From positions 290,641-354,640 of the forward strand of contig JAXGNH010000003.1 in assembly GCA_040768165.1 (NCBI GenBank): a stretch of DNA of 64,000 bases, given 5' to 3'. Below are positions 8,409-17,523 of the stretch, piece by piece. Source of the DNA: Anaerolineae bacterium. Lineage in GTDB: Bacteria; Chloroflexota; Anaerolineae; UBA1429. Positions within the stretch are counted from its first letter, which is position 1, and each line of letters opens with the position of its first letter. The notes below the pieces were generated by a model. That model worked only from the letters and a program-made list of their open reading frames with translations, had not been told where the DNA came from and did no database searches. The position numbers were made by a program, and so were the translations under genes.

Positions 8409-9776
8409 ATGCGACGTACCACGCTGAACCGACGCATCACGCTCCTCGGCGCCGAGGTGTGGCGCGCCGTGGCATCGCGTCGCCTGGCGATCGTCGTCCT
8501 CGCGGTGGCGTTGGCGGTATCCGTGGCGGGCGTCGTCGCCTCCTCTAGGTTGACCGAGGCGGCGCGCGTGCCCGGGTACTATGGGGTGGCGCCGCCCCTG
8601 GCGATGCCGTGGGGTGAGGGCACGTCGCCGGGCTCGCGGCTGGCTGGGGTGGGGCTGGGGGCCATAGCCGCCCTATCCCTCGTGCGCCTCTTGCAGTCCT
8701 GGGTAGTGGGCTGGGGCGCCACCGCCCCACGGGGGGCGCAGGTGCGTCTCCACGAGGTCCCTTGGGGGGACGAAGAGACCTGGCGAGAGGTCGGCGCCGC
8801 CCTCTCGGCGACCGGGTTACGCCTGGAGAGCACCGGCGCCCGTGGTGACGCCCGGCTGGGGCTGGCGCGTCGGTCGGGCTTGGCCGGCCGCCTGAGCGGG
8901 GCGTTCTACCTCGGCGTGCTGCTGCTCCTGGCGGCGAGCCTCGTGGCGCAAGGGTGGGGGTGGGCCGGAGAGCCGGTGGAACTGGCCCTGGGCGAGACGC
9001 GCGCCTTTGGCGAATACGGCGAGGTGACGGCGCGCCTGGAGCAGATCGAGATCACCCCGACGAGCGACGACGGCATCCCCAGCCTGGCGAGCACGCTTCG
9101 CCTTTCGCGCGAGGGCACTGTGGCCGGCGATGTGCGGGTGAACACGCTGCGGCGGGCGAGCGCCGCGGGACTCGCACTGTATCAGCTCGGGTTTGGGCCG
9201 GCGGCGCGGGTGGCCGCCCGCGGCACGGATGGGGCCGCCCTGCGATTGCAGTCGATGGCACAGGATCCCGAGCCGCGCACTGTGGCGAGGATCAGCTTTT
9301 CCGGCAGGCAGCAGGAGCACCTCCTGGCGCTGCCCGAGGCGAACATGGTGGTGCGCATGGTGCACTATCCCTCGTTGGAGGCGCGGGGGATAGCGGGGCC
9401 TGTGCTGCACGTGCGCGTCGAGCGCGGCATCGACGGCCTGTCGCTGGCGGACGAGTTCCTCACCGAGGGGCGGCAACTCCGCATCAACGGCATCACGCTG
9501 GACATCGATTTCGAGTACTATGTGGTCGTGCGCGCGGCGCGCGAGCCGCACCTCCCGATTGCCGCCCTCGGGGCGACGATGGTGTTGCTGGGCATGATCG
9601 GCTTTGTGGCCTGGCCCGACCGCCGTGTCTGGGTCGCCGTGCGGGCGCGAGAGGGTGCGGAGACGCTGTGCCAGTTCGCGGTGGAGCCGCGCGAGGCGTC
9701 CGCGGGCTGGCTGGCGGGGGTCGAGGCCGTTCTGGTCGAGAGGGCGTGTGGCCGGCGTGATGGCGGGGGGAACTGA
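8409..9776 (+). CDS. Putative cytochrome c biogenesis protein, ResB/Ccs1-like (system II)
   Basis: N-terminal TM, a large extracytoplasmic region, C-terminal TM, immediately upstream of ccsA. The assignment rests mainly on synteny and topology. Confidence 0.5.
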   Translation: MRRTTLNRRITLLGAEVWRAVASRRLAIVVLAVALAVSVAGVVASSRLTEAARVPGYYGVAPPLAMPWGEGTSPGSRLAGVGLGAIAALSLVRLLQSWVVGWGATAPRGAQVRLHEVPWGDEETWREVGAALSATGLRLESTGARGDARLGLARRSGLAGRLSGAFYLGVLLLLAASLVAQGWGWAGEPVELALGETRAFGEYGEVTARLEQIEITPTSDDGIPSLASTLRLSREGTVAGDVRVNTLRRASAAGLALYQLGFGPAARVAARGTDGAALRLQSMAQDPEPRTVARISFSGRQQEHLLALPEANMVVRMVHYPSLEARGIAGPVLHVRVERGIDGLSLADEFLTEGRQLRINGITLDIDFEYYVVVRAAREPHLPIAALGATMVLLGMIGFVAWPDRRVWVAVRAREGAETLCQFAVEPREASAGWLAGVEAVLVERACGRRDGGGN

Positions 9777-10515
9777 GTCGTTGGTGGTCGGGGTGGCTGC
9801 CGTCGCCATGGCGGTGGGCGCGCTGCAGATTGCGGCGCGTCGCCGGGCGGCGCAGGGCCGCTGGTTGCTCGCCGCGGGCGCGCTGGTGTGCCTGTTGGGC
9901 ATGGTCGCGGCCACGGTGCACTGGGGCGAGGACGCCTTCCTCAGCACGGTGACGGCCGCGGCGGGGATGCTCACCTTTGCCGCCTTTTGGAGCGTGGCGC
10001 TGGTGCCGCCGATGCCGCGGGCGCAGGCGGGCTATGGGCTGCTGGCGGCCGGCGCGGTGGCGGGCTACCTCATGGCGCCCCGCTACTTGACGGCGACGGC
10101 GGTGCTCCACGACGTGTCGTACGGCCTGTCCGCCTGGGCGTACGTGGCGGGCGCCGGCGTCCTGGTGGCGGGCCTGGCGCACACCCCCCTGAGTGACGGA
10201 TCCTCGGAAGACGGGGCGGCCAACCCCCACCTGTCGCTGGCGACGCTGTGTCTCACCGTGTCGCTGGCGGCGCAGGGCGCGGCCACCCAGTGGGCGTGGG
10301 GCAGCTACTGGGTGGGGGACCCGGCCGAGTATCTGCGGCTGTTGGGCTGGATCGGTGTCGCGCTGGGGTGGGTGGTTGCCGCCGAGTTCGGGCGGCACCG
10401 GCGCGCGGTGGCCTGGAGCCTGCGCGCGGCGGCGGGCGTCGTCATCGTGGTGTTGCTTGGGTCGATGGCTCTCATCCAGGCCCTCGGCCTTCCGAGTCTC
10501 TACCTGGCGGGCTGA
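9760..10515 (+). CDS. ccsA: Cytochrome c-type biogenesis protein CcsA/ResC (short form)
   Basis: WWD-type motif WGSYWVGDPAEYLRLLGWI. Polytopic membrane protein, with an ATG right after the upstream gene. Confidence 0.8.
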   Translation: MAGGTESLVVGVAAVAMAVGALQIAARRRAAQGRWLLAAGALVCLLGMVAATVHWGEDAFLSTVTAAAGMLTFAAFWSVALVPPMPRAQAGYGLLAAGAVAGYLMAPRYLTATAVLHDVSYGLSAWAYVAGAGVLVAGLAHTPLSDGSSEDGAANPHLSLATLCLTVSLAAQGAATQWAWGSYWVGDPAEYLRLLGWIGVALGWVVAAEFGRHRRAVAWSLRAAAGVVIVVLLGSMALIQALGLPSLYLAG

Positions 10516-10517
10516 CC

Positions 10518-11183
10518 ATGGTTCAGAGCCACGAACCGCATCGCCATCGGCCCCTGCTCATCGGCGTCGCGGGCGGCACCGGGGCCGGCAAGACGACCAT
10601 CTCGCGGGCGATTCTGGACCACGTGGGCGCCGACCGCATCGCCTACATCCAGCACGACTCCTACTATCGCGACCTGAGTCACCTGCCGTTGGAGGAGCGG
10701 CGCCGCAGCAACTTTGACCACCCCGACGCCCTGGAGGACAGCCTCCTCCTGGAGCACCTCAAGAGCCTCCTGGCGTGGAACCCCGTGGCCGTGCCGGTGT
10801 ACGATTTCACTCACTATGTGCGCCTGTCCGAGACGCGGCGCGTCGAGCCGCAACCCGTGATCCTGCTGGAGGGGATCCTCATCTTTGTGAACCCCGACCT
10901 GCGGCAAATGATGGACATCCGCATCTATGTCGATACCGACGCCGACATCCGCCTGATCCGCCGGCTGAACCGCGACATCGGCGAGCGGGGGCGCAGCCTG
11001 CGATCCGTCATCGACCAGTACCTGGCGACCGTGCGGCCGATGCACCTGGAGTTCGTCGAGCCCAGCAAGCGCTACGCCGACGTCATCGTGCCCACGGGCG
11101 GGGAGAACGTCGTGGCGCTGGAGATGATCTGCGCGCGCATCGAGCGCATGTTGGGCGACGCCGACGCAGCGGAGGGCCGCTAG
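10518..11183 (+). CDS. udk: Uridine kinase
   Basis: P-loop GVAGGTGAGKTT, QHDSYY, EGIL, RRLNRDIGERGR. 221 aa from ATG 10518. Confidence 0.85.
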   Translation: MVQSHEPHRHRPLLIGVAGGTGAGKTTISRAILDHVGADRIAYIQHDSYYRDLSHLPLEERRRSNFDHPDALEDSLLLEHLKSLLAWNPVAVPVYDFTHYVRLSETRRVEPQPVILLEGILIFVNPDLRQMMDIRIYVDTDADIRLIRRLNRDIGERGRSLRSVIDQYLATVRPMHLEFVEPSKRYADVIVPTGGENVVALEMICARIERMLGDADAAEGR

Positions 11184-11214
11184 TGGTCGGCCCATCGGCG
11201 AGGTACCGCCCACG

Positions 11215-12735
11215 ATGAGGGGTGATCCGTCGGTGGCGGTGGATGCGGCGGGGGCGGCCGCTCCGGAGGCGCCCCTCGCGTTTCGCGCCGTGCGCGGCGG
11301 GATGTGGGTGGCCCTCAGCTCCTGGTGGACGATCGTGGCCGGCTTTGCCGCCAACATCGTCCTCACGCGCCTGCTGGCGCCGGAGGCGTTCGGCGTGTTC
11401 GCCCTGGCCATGTTCTTTGCCCAGGCGCTGCGCGTGCAGCCCAGGCTGGGGCTGGGATACGCCTTTGGCCAGCACCCGCGCACCGACGGCGAGACGCTGG
11501 GTACCTTCCTGACCATGGACTTGAGCGCCGCCGCCGCCGGGCTGGCGCTCATCGTGGCGGCGATGCCTGTGCTGCTGGCGCTGGGCTATGGCGCCCTGAC
11601 GGTGCAGGTGGCCGCCTTGCTGGGGCTAGCGGCCACCGTCGAGAGCGTGACGAGCACGGGCACTACCCTCCTGGAGAAGGAGCTGCGCTTCGGGCATGTG
11701 AGCGTCATCCAGGCGGTGGTCTTTCCCCTGTCGTATGCACCGGCGCTGTGGCTGGCGGCCCGCGGCGAGGGGGTGTGGAGCCTGGTCGCCCAGAACGTCA
11801 CCTACAACGTCCTCTACCTGGTGGGCGTGGCGGCGCTCCTGGCGCGGGGTTGGGGTCGGCTGCGGGGCGTGGGCTGGAGCTTCAGCCGCGACCTGGCGCG
11901 GCGGTTCCTACGCTTCGGCGCCGGCGTGGGCCTAGGCCTGCTGGGCGTGACGCTGCTGATGCAGCTGGATAACCTCCTGGTGGGCAGCCTGGTGGGGGTA
12001 GCGGTCCTGGGCTATTATGACCGCGCCTACCGCACGGCGCAGTGGCCGGGAACGCTCCTCAACGCCCTCATCGCGCGCACCGGCTTTTATACCTACGCGC
12101 GTTTGCAGAACGATGCCGAGCGGCTGGGCCGTGCGCTGCGGATGATGGTGTGGCTCATCGCGGCACTGGCGCTGCCGGTGGCGCTGGCGGTGTTCGTCGC
12201 CGCGCCGGACCTGCTCGTCTTGCTGTACGGCGAGCGCTGGCTGCCCAGCGTGCCGTACCTGCGCGTCCTGGCGCTGGTGGCGGGAGCGCGGCCGCTGGTG
12301 GACAATGCCAACACGCTGTTCGCGGCGGTGGGCAAGCCCTGGCTGGCGGCGCGGCTCACCGGCGCGCAGGTAGCAGTCCTGGCGGCCGCCGGGTTGCCCC
12401 TCGTCTGGCGGTGGGGCGCCCTCGGCGCCTGCCTGGCGGTGGCGCTGGCCACCGGCGCGGGGCTGTTTCTCGTGCTGCGCCGGCTCGACGACGCCGTACC
12501 CGGCACGGCGCGGGAACTCGTGGCGCCGGCGCTGGCGGCGGTCGTGGCGTTGGCGGGCGGCCTGGCCATCGGCGGCCTCCCATTCGTGTCTGCGCTCGGG
12601 GTCGGGCTGCGGGTGGCGGTCAAGGCGGGGGGCGCCGCGACCCTCTTTGCTGTGGCCATTGTAGCGGTTCAGCCGCGCCAGGCGCGCGAGCGCGTTGCGT
12701 ACGTCATGCGGCTGGCCAGGGCGGAGCGGGAGTAG
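11215..12735 (+). CDS. Polysaccharide biosynthesis protein / Wzx-like flippase (MOP superfamily)
   Basis: 506 aa with about 12-14 predicted TM helices and a typical MOP flippase profile. It leads the GT4 cluster. Confidence 0.7.
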   Translation: MRGDPSVAVDAAGAAAPEAPLAFRAVRGGMWVALSSWWTIVAGFAANIVLTRLLAPEAFGVFALAMFFAQALRVQPRLGLGYAFGQHPRTDGETLGTFLTMDLSAAAAGLALIVAAMPVLLALGYGALTVQVAALLGLAATVESVTSTGTTLLEKELRFGHVSVIQAVVFPLSYAPALWLAARGEGVWSLVAQNVTYNVLYLVGVAALLARGWGRLRGVGWSFSRDLARRFLRFGAGVGLGLLGVTLLMQLDNLLVGSLVGVAVLGYYDRAYRTAQWPGTLLNALIARTGFYTYARLQNDAERLGRALRMMVWLIAALALPVALAVFVAAPDLLVLLYGERWLPSVPYLRVLALVAGARPLVDNANTLFAAVGKPWLAARLTGAQVAVLAAAGLPLVWRWGALGACLAVALATGAGLFLVLRRLDDAVPGTARELVAPALAAVVALAGGLAIGGLPFVSALGVGLRVAVKAGGAATLFAVAIVAVQPRQARERVAYVMRLARAERE

Positions 12736-12744
12736 ACGTCGCCG

Positions 12745-13878
12745 ATGCGCATCCTCTACATCGCCCGCTATCACACGGTGACCGCCGAGCGCAAGATCGC
12801 GCTGCTGGCCGCCGAGCAGGACATGGAGGTGTGGCTGGTGCGCCCACGGCGCTGGCGCGACGCCAATGGCGCGGTCAGCCTGCCCGTGCGCGCCGGCCTG
12901 GCGTACCGCACGGTGGCGGTGCCGATGGTCTTTCGGCCCGATGACCCGCATCGCTGCCTGTACGGCACCCTCTCGTTCGCCATGCTGGCCGCAAGACCCG
13001 ACATCATCCACGTCGAGGAGGAGCCGGACAGCCTGGCGGCGCTCCAGGCGGCCGCGGCGCGGCGCGTCCTGGCGCCTCGCGCCAAGCTAGTGCTCAACAC
13101 GTGGCAGAACGTGGATCGACCCAAACGGCGCGAGGTGTGGTGGGTGCTGCGGAAAACGCTGCGCCAGGCGGACGCCGTGTTGTGCGCCAATCGGCAGGCG
13201 GAGTTGCTGCTTGGGAGGTTCGGGTATCGCGGCGAGACACGCGTGCTGGCGCCGCAAGGGGTGGATCAGGAGGTCTTTTACCCGCGCCGCCGGGCCGCGC
13301 ACCTCGACGACGAGCCGTTCATCGTGGCGTACGTGGGACGCCTGGTGCCCGAAAAGGGCGTCGATCTGCTCATCGATGCCCTGGCTGCGATGGAGGCGCC
13401 CGCCAGGCTGGTGCTCATCGGCGGGGGACCATGCCGGCCGTCGCTGGAGGCGCAGGTGCGCCGGTGTGGCCTGGAGGATCGCGTGCAGTTCGCCGGCGCC
13501 ATGTCGCCCATGGAACTCGCCGAGTACCTGAGGCAGTCCCATGTCCTGACGCTGCCGTCGCGCTCCACGCCCGTGTGGCAGGAGCAGTTCGGCCGCGCCC
13601 TCGTGGAGGCGATGGCGTGCTCCCTGCCGGTGGTGGGGTCCGACTCGGGCGCCATCCCCGAGGTGGTGGGGGACGCCGGCCTGATCTTTCCCGAGGGGGA
13701 CGCCGCGGCCCTGGCGGCCTGCCTCGATCGGTTGGCGGCTTCGCCCGACCTGCGCACCGACCTGGGTGAGCGAGGGCGGCTGCGCGTAGGCCGCATGTAC
13801 AGCCAGGAGCGCGTGGCGGCGCGCACCGCCGCGTTCTATCGGCTGCTCGCCCAGCAGCGCGACCTGGAGGACTTGTAG
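12745..13878 (+). CDS. Glycosyltransferase family 4 (GT-B)
   Basis: C-terminal GT4 signature EQFGRALVEAMACSLPVVGSDSGAIPEVV and E-x7-E. Confidence 0.8.
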   Translation: MRILYIARYHTVTAERKIALLAAEQDMEVWLVRPRRWRDANGAVSLPVRAGLAYRTVAVPMVFRPDDPHRCLYGTLSFAMLAARPDIIHVEEEPDSLAALQAAAARRVLAPRAKLVLNTWQNVDRPKRREVWWVLRKTLRQADAVLCANRQAELLLGRFGYRGETRVLAPQGVDQEVFYPRRRAAHLDDEPFIVAYVGRLVPEKGVDLLIDALAAMEAPARLVLIGGGPCRPSLEAQVRRCGLEDRVQFAGAMSPMELAEYLRQSHVLTLPSRSTPVWQEQFGRALVEAMACSLPVVGSDSGAIPEVVGDAGLIFPEGDAAALAACLDRLAASPDLRTDLGERGRLRVGRMYSQERVAARTAAFYRLLAQQRDLEDL

Positions 13879-13920
13879 ACCGGTGGCGGGGCACGGCCAC
13901 GACCATCTGTGTGGTAAGGG

Positions 13921-15057
13921 GTGACGGTGCGCATCTGCATCGACATGAGCCCGGCGGTGCACCAGCGGGGCGGGATCGGCCGCTATGCGCGCGAGATCGC
14001 CGCAGCGCTGCAGCGCGCCGACCCCGACGGCGAGTACGTTGGCCTCTGCGACCGCGGGGCGTACGGGCGGGGCGAGGCGCTTTCGGGTGGGATGGCGCCG
14101 GCCACCCATGGCCTGGTGGATCGCGCTTGGCGCCTCTACTCCCTGGGGAGCCACATCCTGAGCCGGCCCGCCGACGGCCTGCTGCCGGCGGCCGATCTCT
14201 TCCACGCCACAGACAATGTGCTGCCGCGCGTGGCGGGGATGCGCACGGTGATGACGCTGCACGACCTCGCCTTTCACATCTATCCGCAGACCCACCGGCG
14301 GCTGAACCGCTGGTACCTGCGGGTCGCCATGCCGCGTATGCTGCGCTCGGCGGACGCCGTCATCGCCGTCTCACACGCCACCGCCCAAGACGCAGTGCGG
14401 CTGTACGGCGTAGAGGAGGAGCGGCTGCGCGTCATCCATGAGGGGGTGGAGGCGCGTTTCAGGCCGGTGGGCGCCGATGACGTGGCGCGGGTGCGGGCGG
14501 CGTATGGCCTGCCCGAGCGGTACCTGCTGCACGTGGGCACCATCGAGCCGCGCAAGAACCTGCTGGCCCTCCTGGAGGCCTACCGGATGCTGCGCTCGCA
14601 GGGCGTGGATTGCCCGCTCGTCCTGGTGGGCCGGCGAGGGTGGCTGTCTGAGTCGTTCTTTGCGGCGCGTCGGGAGGCGGGGCTGGAGCGCCACGTGCGG
14701 GTGCTGGGGGCCGTCGCGGATGGCGACCTCGTGGCCCTCTATTCCGGCGCCGCCGCCTTTGTCTTTCCGTCACTGTACGAGGGGTTTGGCCTGCCGGTCC
14801 TCGAGGCCATGGCGTGCGGCGCGCCGGTGGTGTGTGCGGACAACTCGAGTCTGCCCGAGGTGGCGGGCGACGCCGCGCTGTTGGCGCCCGCCACCGATGC
14901 GGCCGGCCTCGCCGCCGCCGTTCGCCGGGTCCTGGACGATGATGTCCTCCGCCAAGACCTTTGCGCCAAAGGGCAGCGGCGCGCGGCCGGGTTCACCTGG
15001 GAGCGCGCTGCATACGAGACACTCCGCCTCTATCGCGATCTGCTTGGGTTGGGCTGA
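13921..15057 (+). CDS. Glycosyltransferase family 4
   Basis: EGFGLPVLEAMACGAPVVCADNSSLPEVAG. GTG start. Confidence 0.8.
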   Translation: MTVRICIDMSPAVHQRGGIGRYAREIAAALQRADPDGEYVGLCDRGAYGRGEALSGGMAPATHGLVDRAWRLYSLGSHILSRPADGLLPAADLFHATDNVLPRVAGMRTVMTLHDLAFHIYPQTHRRLNRWYLRVAMPRMLRSADAVIAVSHATAQDAVRLYGVEEERLRVIHEGVEARFRPVGADDVARVRAAYGLPERYLLHVGTIEPRKNLLALLEAYRMLRSQGVDCPLVLVGRRGWLSESFFAARREAGLERHVRVLGAVADGDLVALYSGAAAFVFPSLYEGFGLPVLEAMACGAPVVCADNSSLPEVAGDAALLAPATDAAGLAAAVRRVLDDDVLRQDLCAKGQRRAAGFTWERAAYETLRLYRDLLGLG

Positions 15058-15070
15058 GGGAGGGCGCCGC

Positions 15071-16201
15071 ATGCGCATCGGAATCGACGGACGCTACATT
15101 CAGGATCACTTTCCCGGCATCGGGCGCTACACCTATCACCTTGCCCGGAACCTGGCGGCCATCGCGCCGGACGATACCTTCTTCCTGTTCGTCGACCCCA
15201 CGGCCGGCAACACGCGCTATGACCTGTCCCCCTTTGTCGAGGCGCCGAACGTCCGGCTGATCCCCGCGACGGTGGGGACCTTTACCTTTCGCCAGCAGAC
15301 GGTCCTCCCCGCCCTGGCGCGGCAGCATCGCCTGGATCTCTACCACAACCCCTACTACCTCGTGCCCTACGCCATGCCGTGCCCCGTGGTGGCCACGCTG
15401 CACGACATGATTCCCATGCTCTATCCGGAATCGGTGCCGGGGGCGGCCCTCCCCACGGTGTTCCTCATGACGGTGCGGCTGACGGTGCTGCGCGCGCGGC
15501 GCATCATCGTCGTGTCCCAATCGACGCGGCGCGACCTCCTGCGCGTGGTGCCCTCTGCCGACGGGAAGGTGGCTGCGGTGCACAATGCCGTGGACGAGGG
15601 GTTTGCGCCGCAGCCCGAGGGGCGCGTGGCGGAGGGGCGGCGGCGCTACGGCCTCGATGCCCCCTACCTGTTCTACCTGGGCGCCAACAAGCCCCACAAG
15701 AACCTGGTGCGCCTTATTGAGGCGTGGGCGACCCTGCCCGACGAGGTGCGCGCCGGCACGGAGCTGGTTCTCGCCGGGCATGAGGACGAGCGTTACCCGC
15801 AGGTGTACGAGACCGTGACGCGGCTGGGGATGCTCAGCGTGCGCCTCCTGGGGGCGGTCCCCGATGATGACCTCGCCCCGCTCTACAGCGGCGCCACCGG
15901 CTTTGTCTTCCCCTCGCTGTACGAGGGGTTCGGCCTGCCCGTGCTCGAGGCGATGGCGTGCGGCGCCCCCGTGGCATGCTCCCACACCTCCTCCCTCCCC
16001 GAGATCGTGGGGAACGCCGCCATCACCTTTGACCCGCACAACGAGGCGGACATGGCCGCCGCCATGCGCCTGCTGCTGGAGGACGCCGAGTTGCGGCAGG
16101 ATCTCGCCGAGGCGGGCCGGCAGCGCGCCGCCCTGTTTACCTGGCGGCGGTCCGCCGAGGAGACTCTGGCGGTGTACCGCGGCGCCGTGGCGGGGCGCTG
16201 A
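15071..16201 (+). CDS. Glycosyltransferase family 4
   Basis: MRIGIDGRYIQ…, EGFGLPVLEAMACGAPVACSHTSSLPEIVG. Confidence 0.8.
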   Translation: MRIGIDGRYIQDHFPGIGRYTYHLARNLAAIAPDDTFFLFVDPTAGNTRYDLSPFVEAPNVRLIPATVGTFTFRQQTVLPALARQHRLDLYHNPYYLVPYAMPCPVVATLHDMIPMLYPESVPGAALPTVFLMTVRLTVLRARRIIVVSQSTRRDLLRVVPSADGKVAAVHNAVDEGFAPQPEGRVAEGRRRYGLDAPYLFYLGANKPHKNLVRLIEAWATLPDEVRAGTELVLAGHEDERYPQVYETVTRLGMLSVRLLGAVPDDDLAPLYSGATGFVFPSLYEGFGLPVLEAMACGAPVACSHTSSLPEIVGNAAITFDPHNEADMAAAMRLLLEDAELRQDLAEAGRQRAALFTWRRSAEETLAVYRGAVAGR

Positions 16202-16208
16202 GGTGGCT

Positions 16209-17342
16209 ATGCGGATACTGCACGTCTACAAGGACTACTTTCCCGTGCTCGGGGGGATCGAGAATCACGTGCGCCTGCTGGCCGAGGCGCAGGCGGCGCT
16301 GGGGCACGACGTGACCGTGCTGGTCACGAATTCCGGCCCCCACACGTGGCGCGGCGAGATGAACGGCGTGCGCGTGGTCAAGGCGGCGCGGCTGGCCACG
16401 GTGGCGTCGACGCCCCTCAGCCTGGCGCTGCCGCGCGCTCTGGCGCGCCAGGGCGCCGACATCACCCACCTGCACTATCCCTATCCGGTGGGCGAGGTGG
16501 CCCACCTCCTGGCGGGCGGGGGCAGGCGCGCCGTGCTCAGCTACCACAGCGATGTGGTGCGCCAGCGGCGCATCATGCGGCTCTATGCGCCCCTCATGGA
16601 GCGCGTGTTGCGCACCATCGACCGCATCCTGGTGGCGACGCCCAACTATCTCGAGAGTTCGCCCGTGCTTCGGTCGTTTCGGGACAAGTGCTACATCATC
16701 CCCTACGGCATCGACCGCCGCCGCTTTGTCGAGGCGGACATGGGCGAGGCACAGGCGCTGCGGCGTCGGCTGGGCGGCGGGCCGTTGCTCCTGTTTGTGG
16801 GGGTGCTGCGCTACTACAAGGGGCTGCGCTACCTGCTGGAGGCCATGGCGCGCCTCGGCGCGCGTCCCGATGCGCGGCTCCTCCTTGTGGGAGAGGGCCC
16901 GGAGGGGGAGGCCCTCCGGCGCCAGGCCGCCGCGCTGGGGCTCGCCGACCGCGTCCAGTTCGTCGGGCGCGTCCCCGACGACGTGCTCCCCCTCTACTAT
17001 CGCGCGGCGGACCTGTTCGTGCTCCCCGCCAGTGAGCGCAGCGAGGCGTTCGGCCTGGTGCAGCTCGAGGCGATGAGTTCGGGGCTGCCCGTGATCTGCA
17101 CCGAGCTGGGGACGGGCACCAGCTATGTGAACCGCCACGGCGAGTCGGGCTGGGTGGTGCCACCGCGGGACGCCGCGGCGCTGGCGCACGCCATCGACGT
17201 GCTCCTGGCGGACGACGTCCTCCGCCAACGCCTGGCGGCCGGCGCCCTGGCCCGCTCCGAGCAGTTCTCCGCCGAGGGGATGGTGCGCGAGATATTGGGG
17301 GTGTATCGCGAACTCGTCCCGGGCGTGGACGGGCGCGGTTGA
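16209..17342 (+). CDS. Glycosyltransferase family 4
   Basis: MRILHVYKDYFPVLGGIE…, EAFGLVQLEAMSSGLPVICTELGTGTSYV. Confidence 0.8.
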   Translation: MRILHVYKDYFPVLGGIENHVRLLAEAQAALGHDVTVLVTNSGPHTWRGEMNGVRVVKAARLATVASTPLSLALPRALARQGADITHLHYPYPVGEVAHLLAGGGRRAVLSYHSDVVRQRRIMRLYAPLMERVLRTIDRILVATPNYLESSPVLRSFRDKCYIIPYGIDRRRFVEADMGEAQALRRRLGGGPLLLFVGVLRYYKGLRYLLEAMARLGARPDARLLLVGEGPEGEALRRQAAALGLADRVQFVGRVPDDVLPLYYRAADLFVLPASERSEAFGLVQLEAMSSGLPVICTELGTGTSYVNRHGESGWVVPPRDAAALAHAIDVLLADDVLRQRLAAGALARSEQFSAEGMVREILGVYRELVPGVDGRG

Positions 17343-17361
17343 ACGACAGCTGGCGATGCGC

Positions 17362-17442
17362 GGTTACAGGTGGCAGGTTGCAGGTTACAGACACTAGCGG
17401 GAACACCCGCTCAAGCCTGTAACCTGCCACCCTGTAACCTGG
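17362..17442 (+). repeat. Heptamer-hairpin repeat element, family A, copy 1
   Basis: GGTTACAGGTGGCAGGTTGCAGGTTACAG, then loop AGCGGGAACACCCGCTCAAGC, then CTGTAACCTGCCACCCTGTAACC. Confidence 0.7.
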
Positions 17443-17523
17443 AACGCATTTGGCGCGTTTGCCGCGGCGCGCGATGTGCGTTAGTATCGTTCTCTTGAGG
17501 CACGGCAGAGTTGAGGAGAGGGC

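Noticed and set aside
17340-17450. Short ORFs crossing family-A repeats (peptides such as QVAGYRLERV, VTCNLPPVT)
   Set aside because: Near-identical peptides recur only because the repeat recurs. There is no start or RBS context, and they appear in both orientations.
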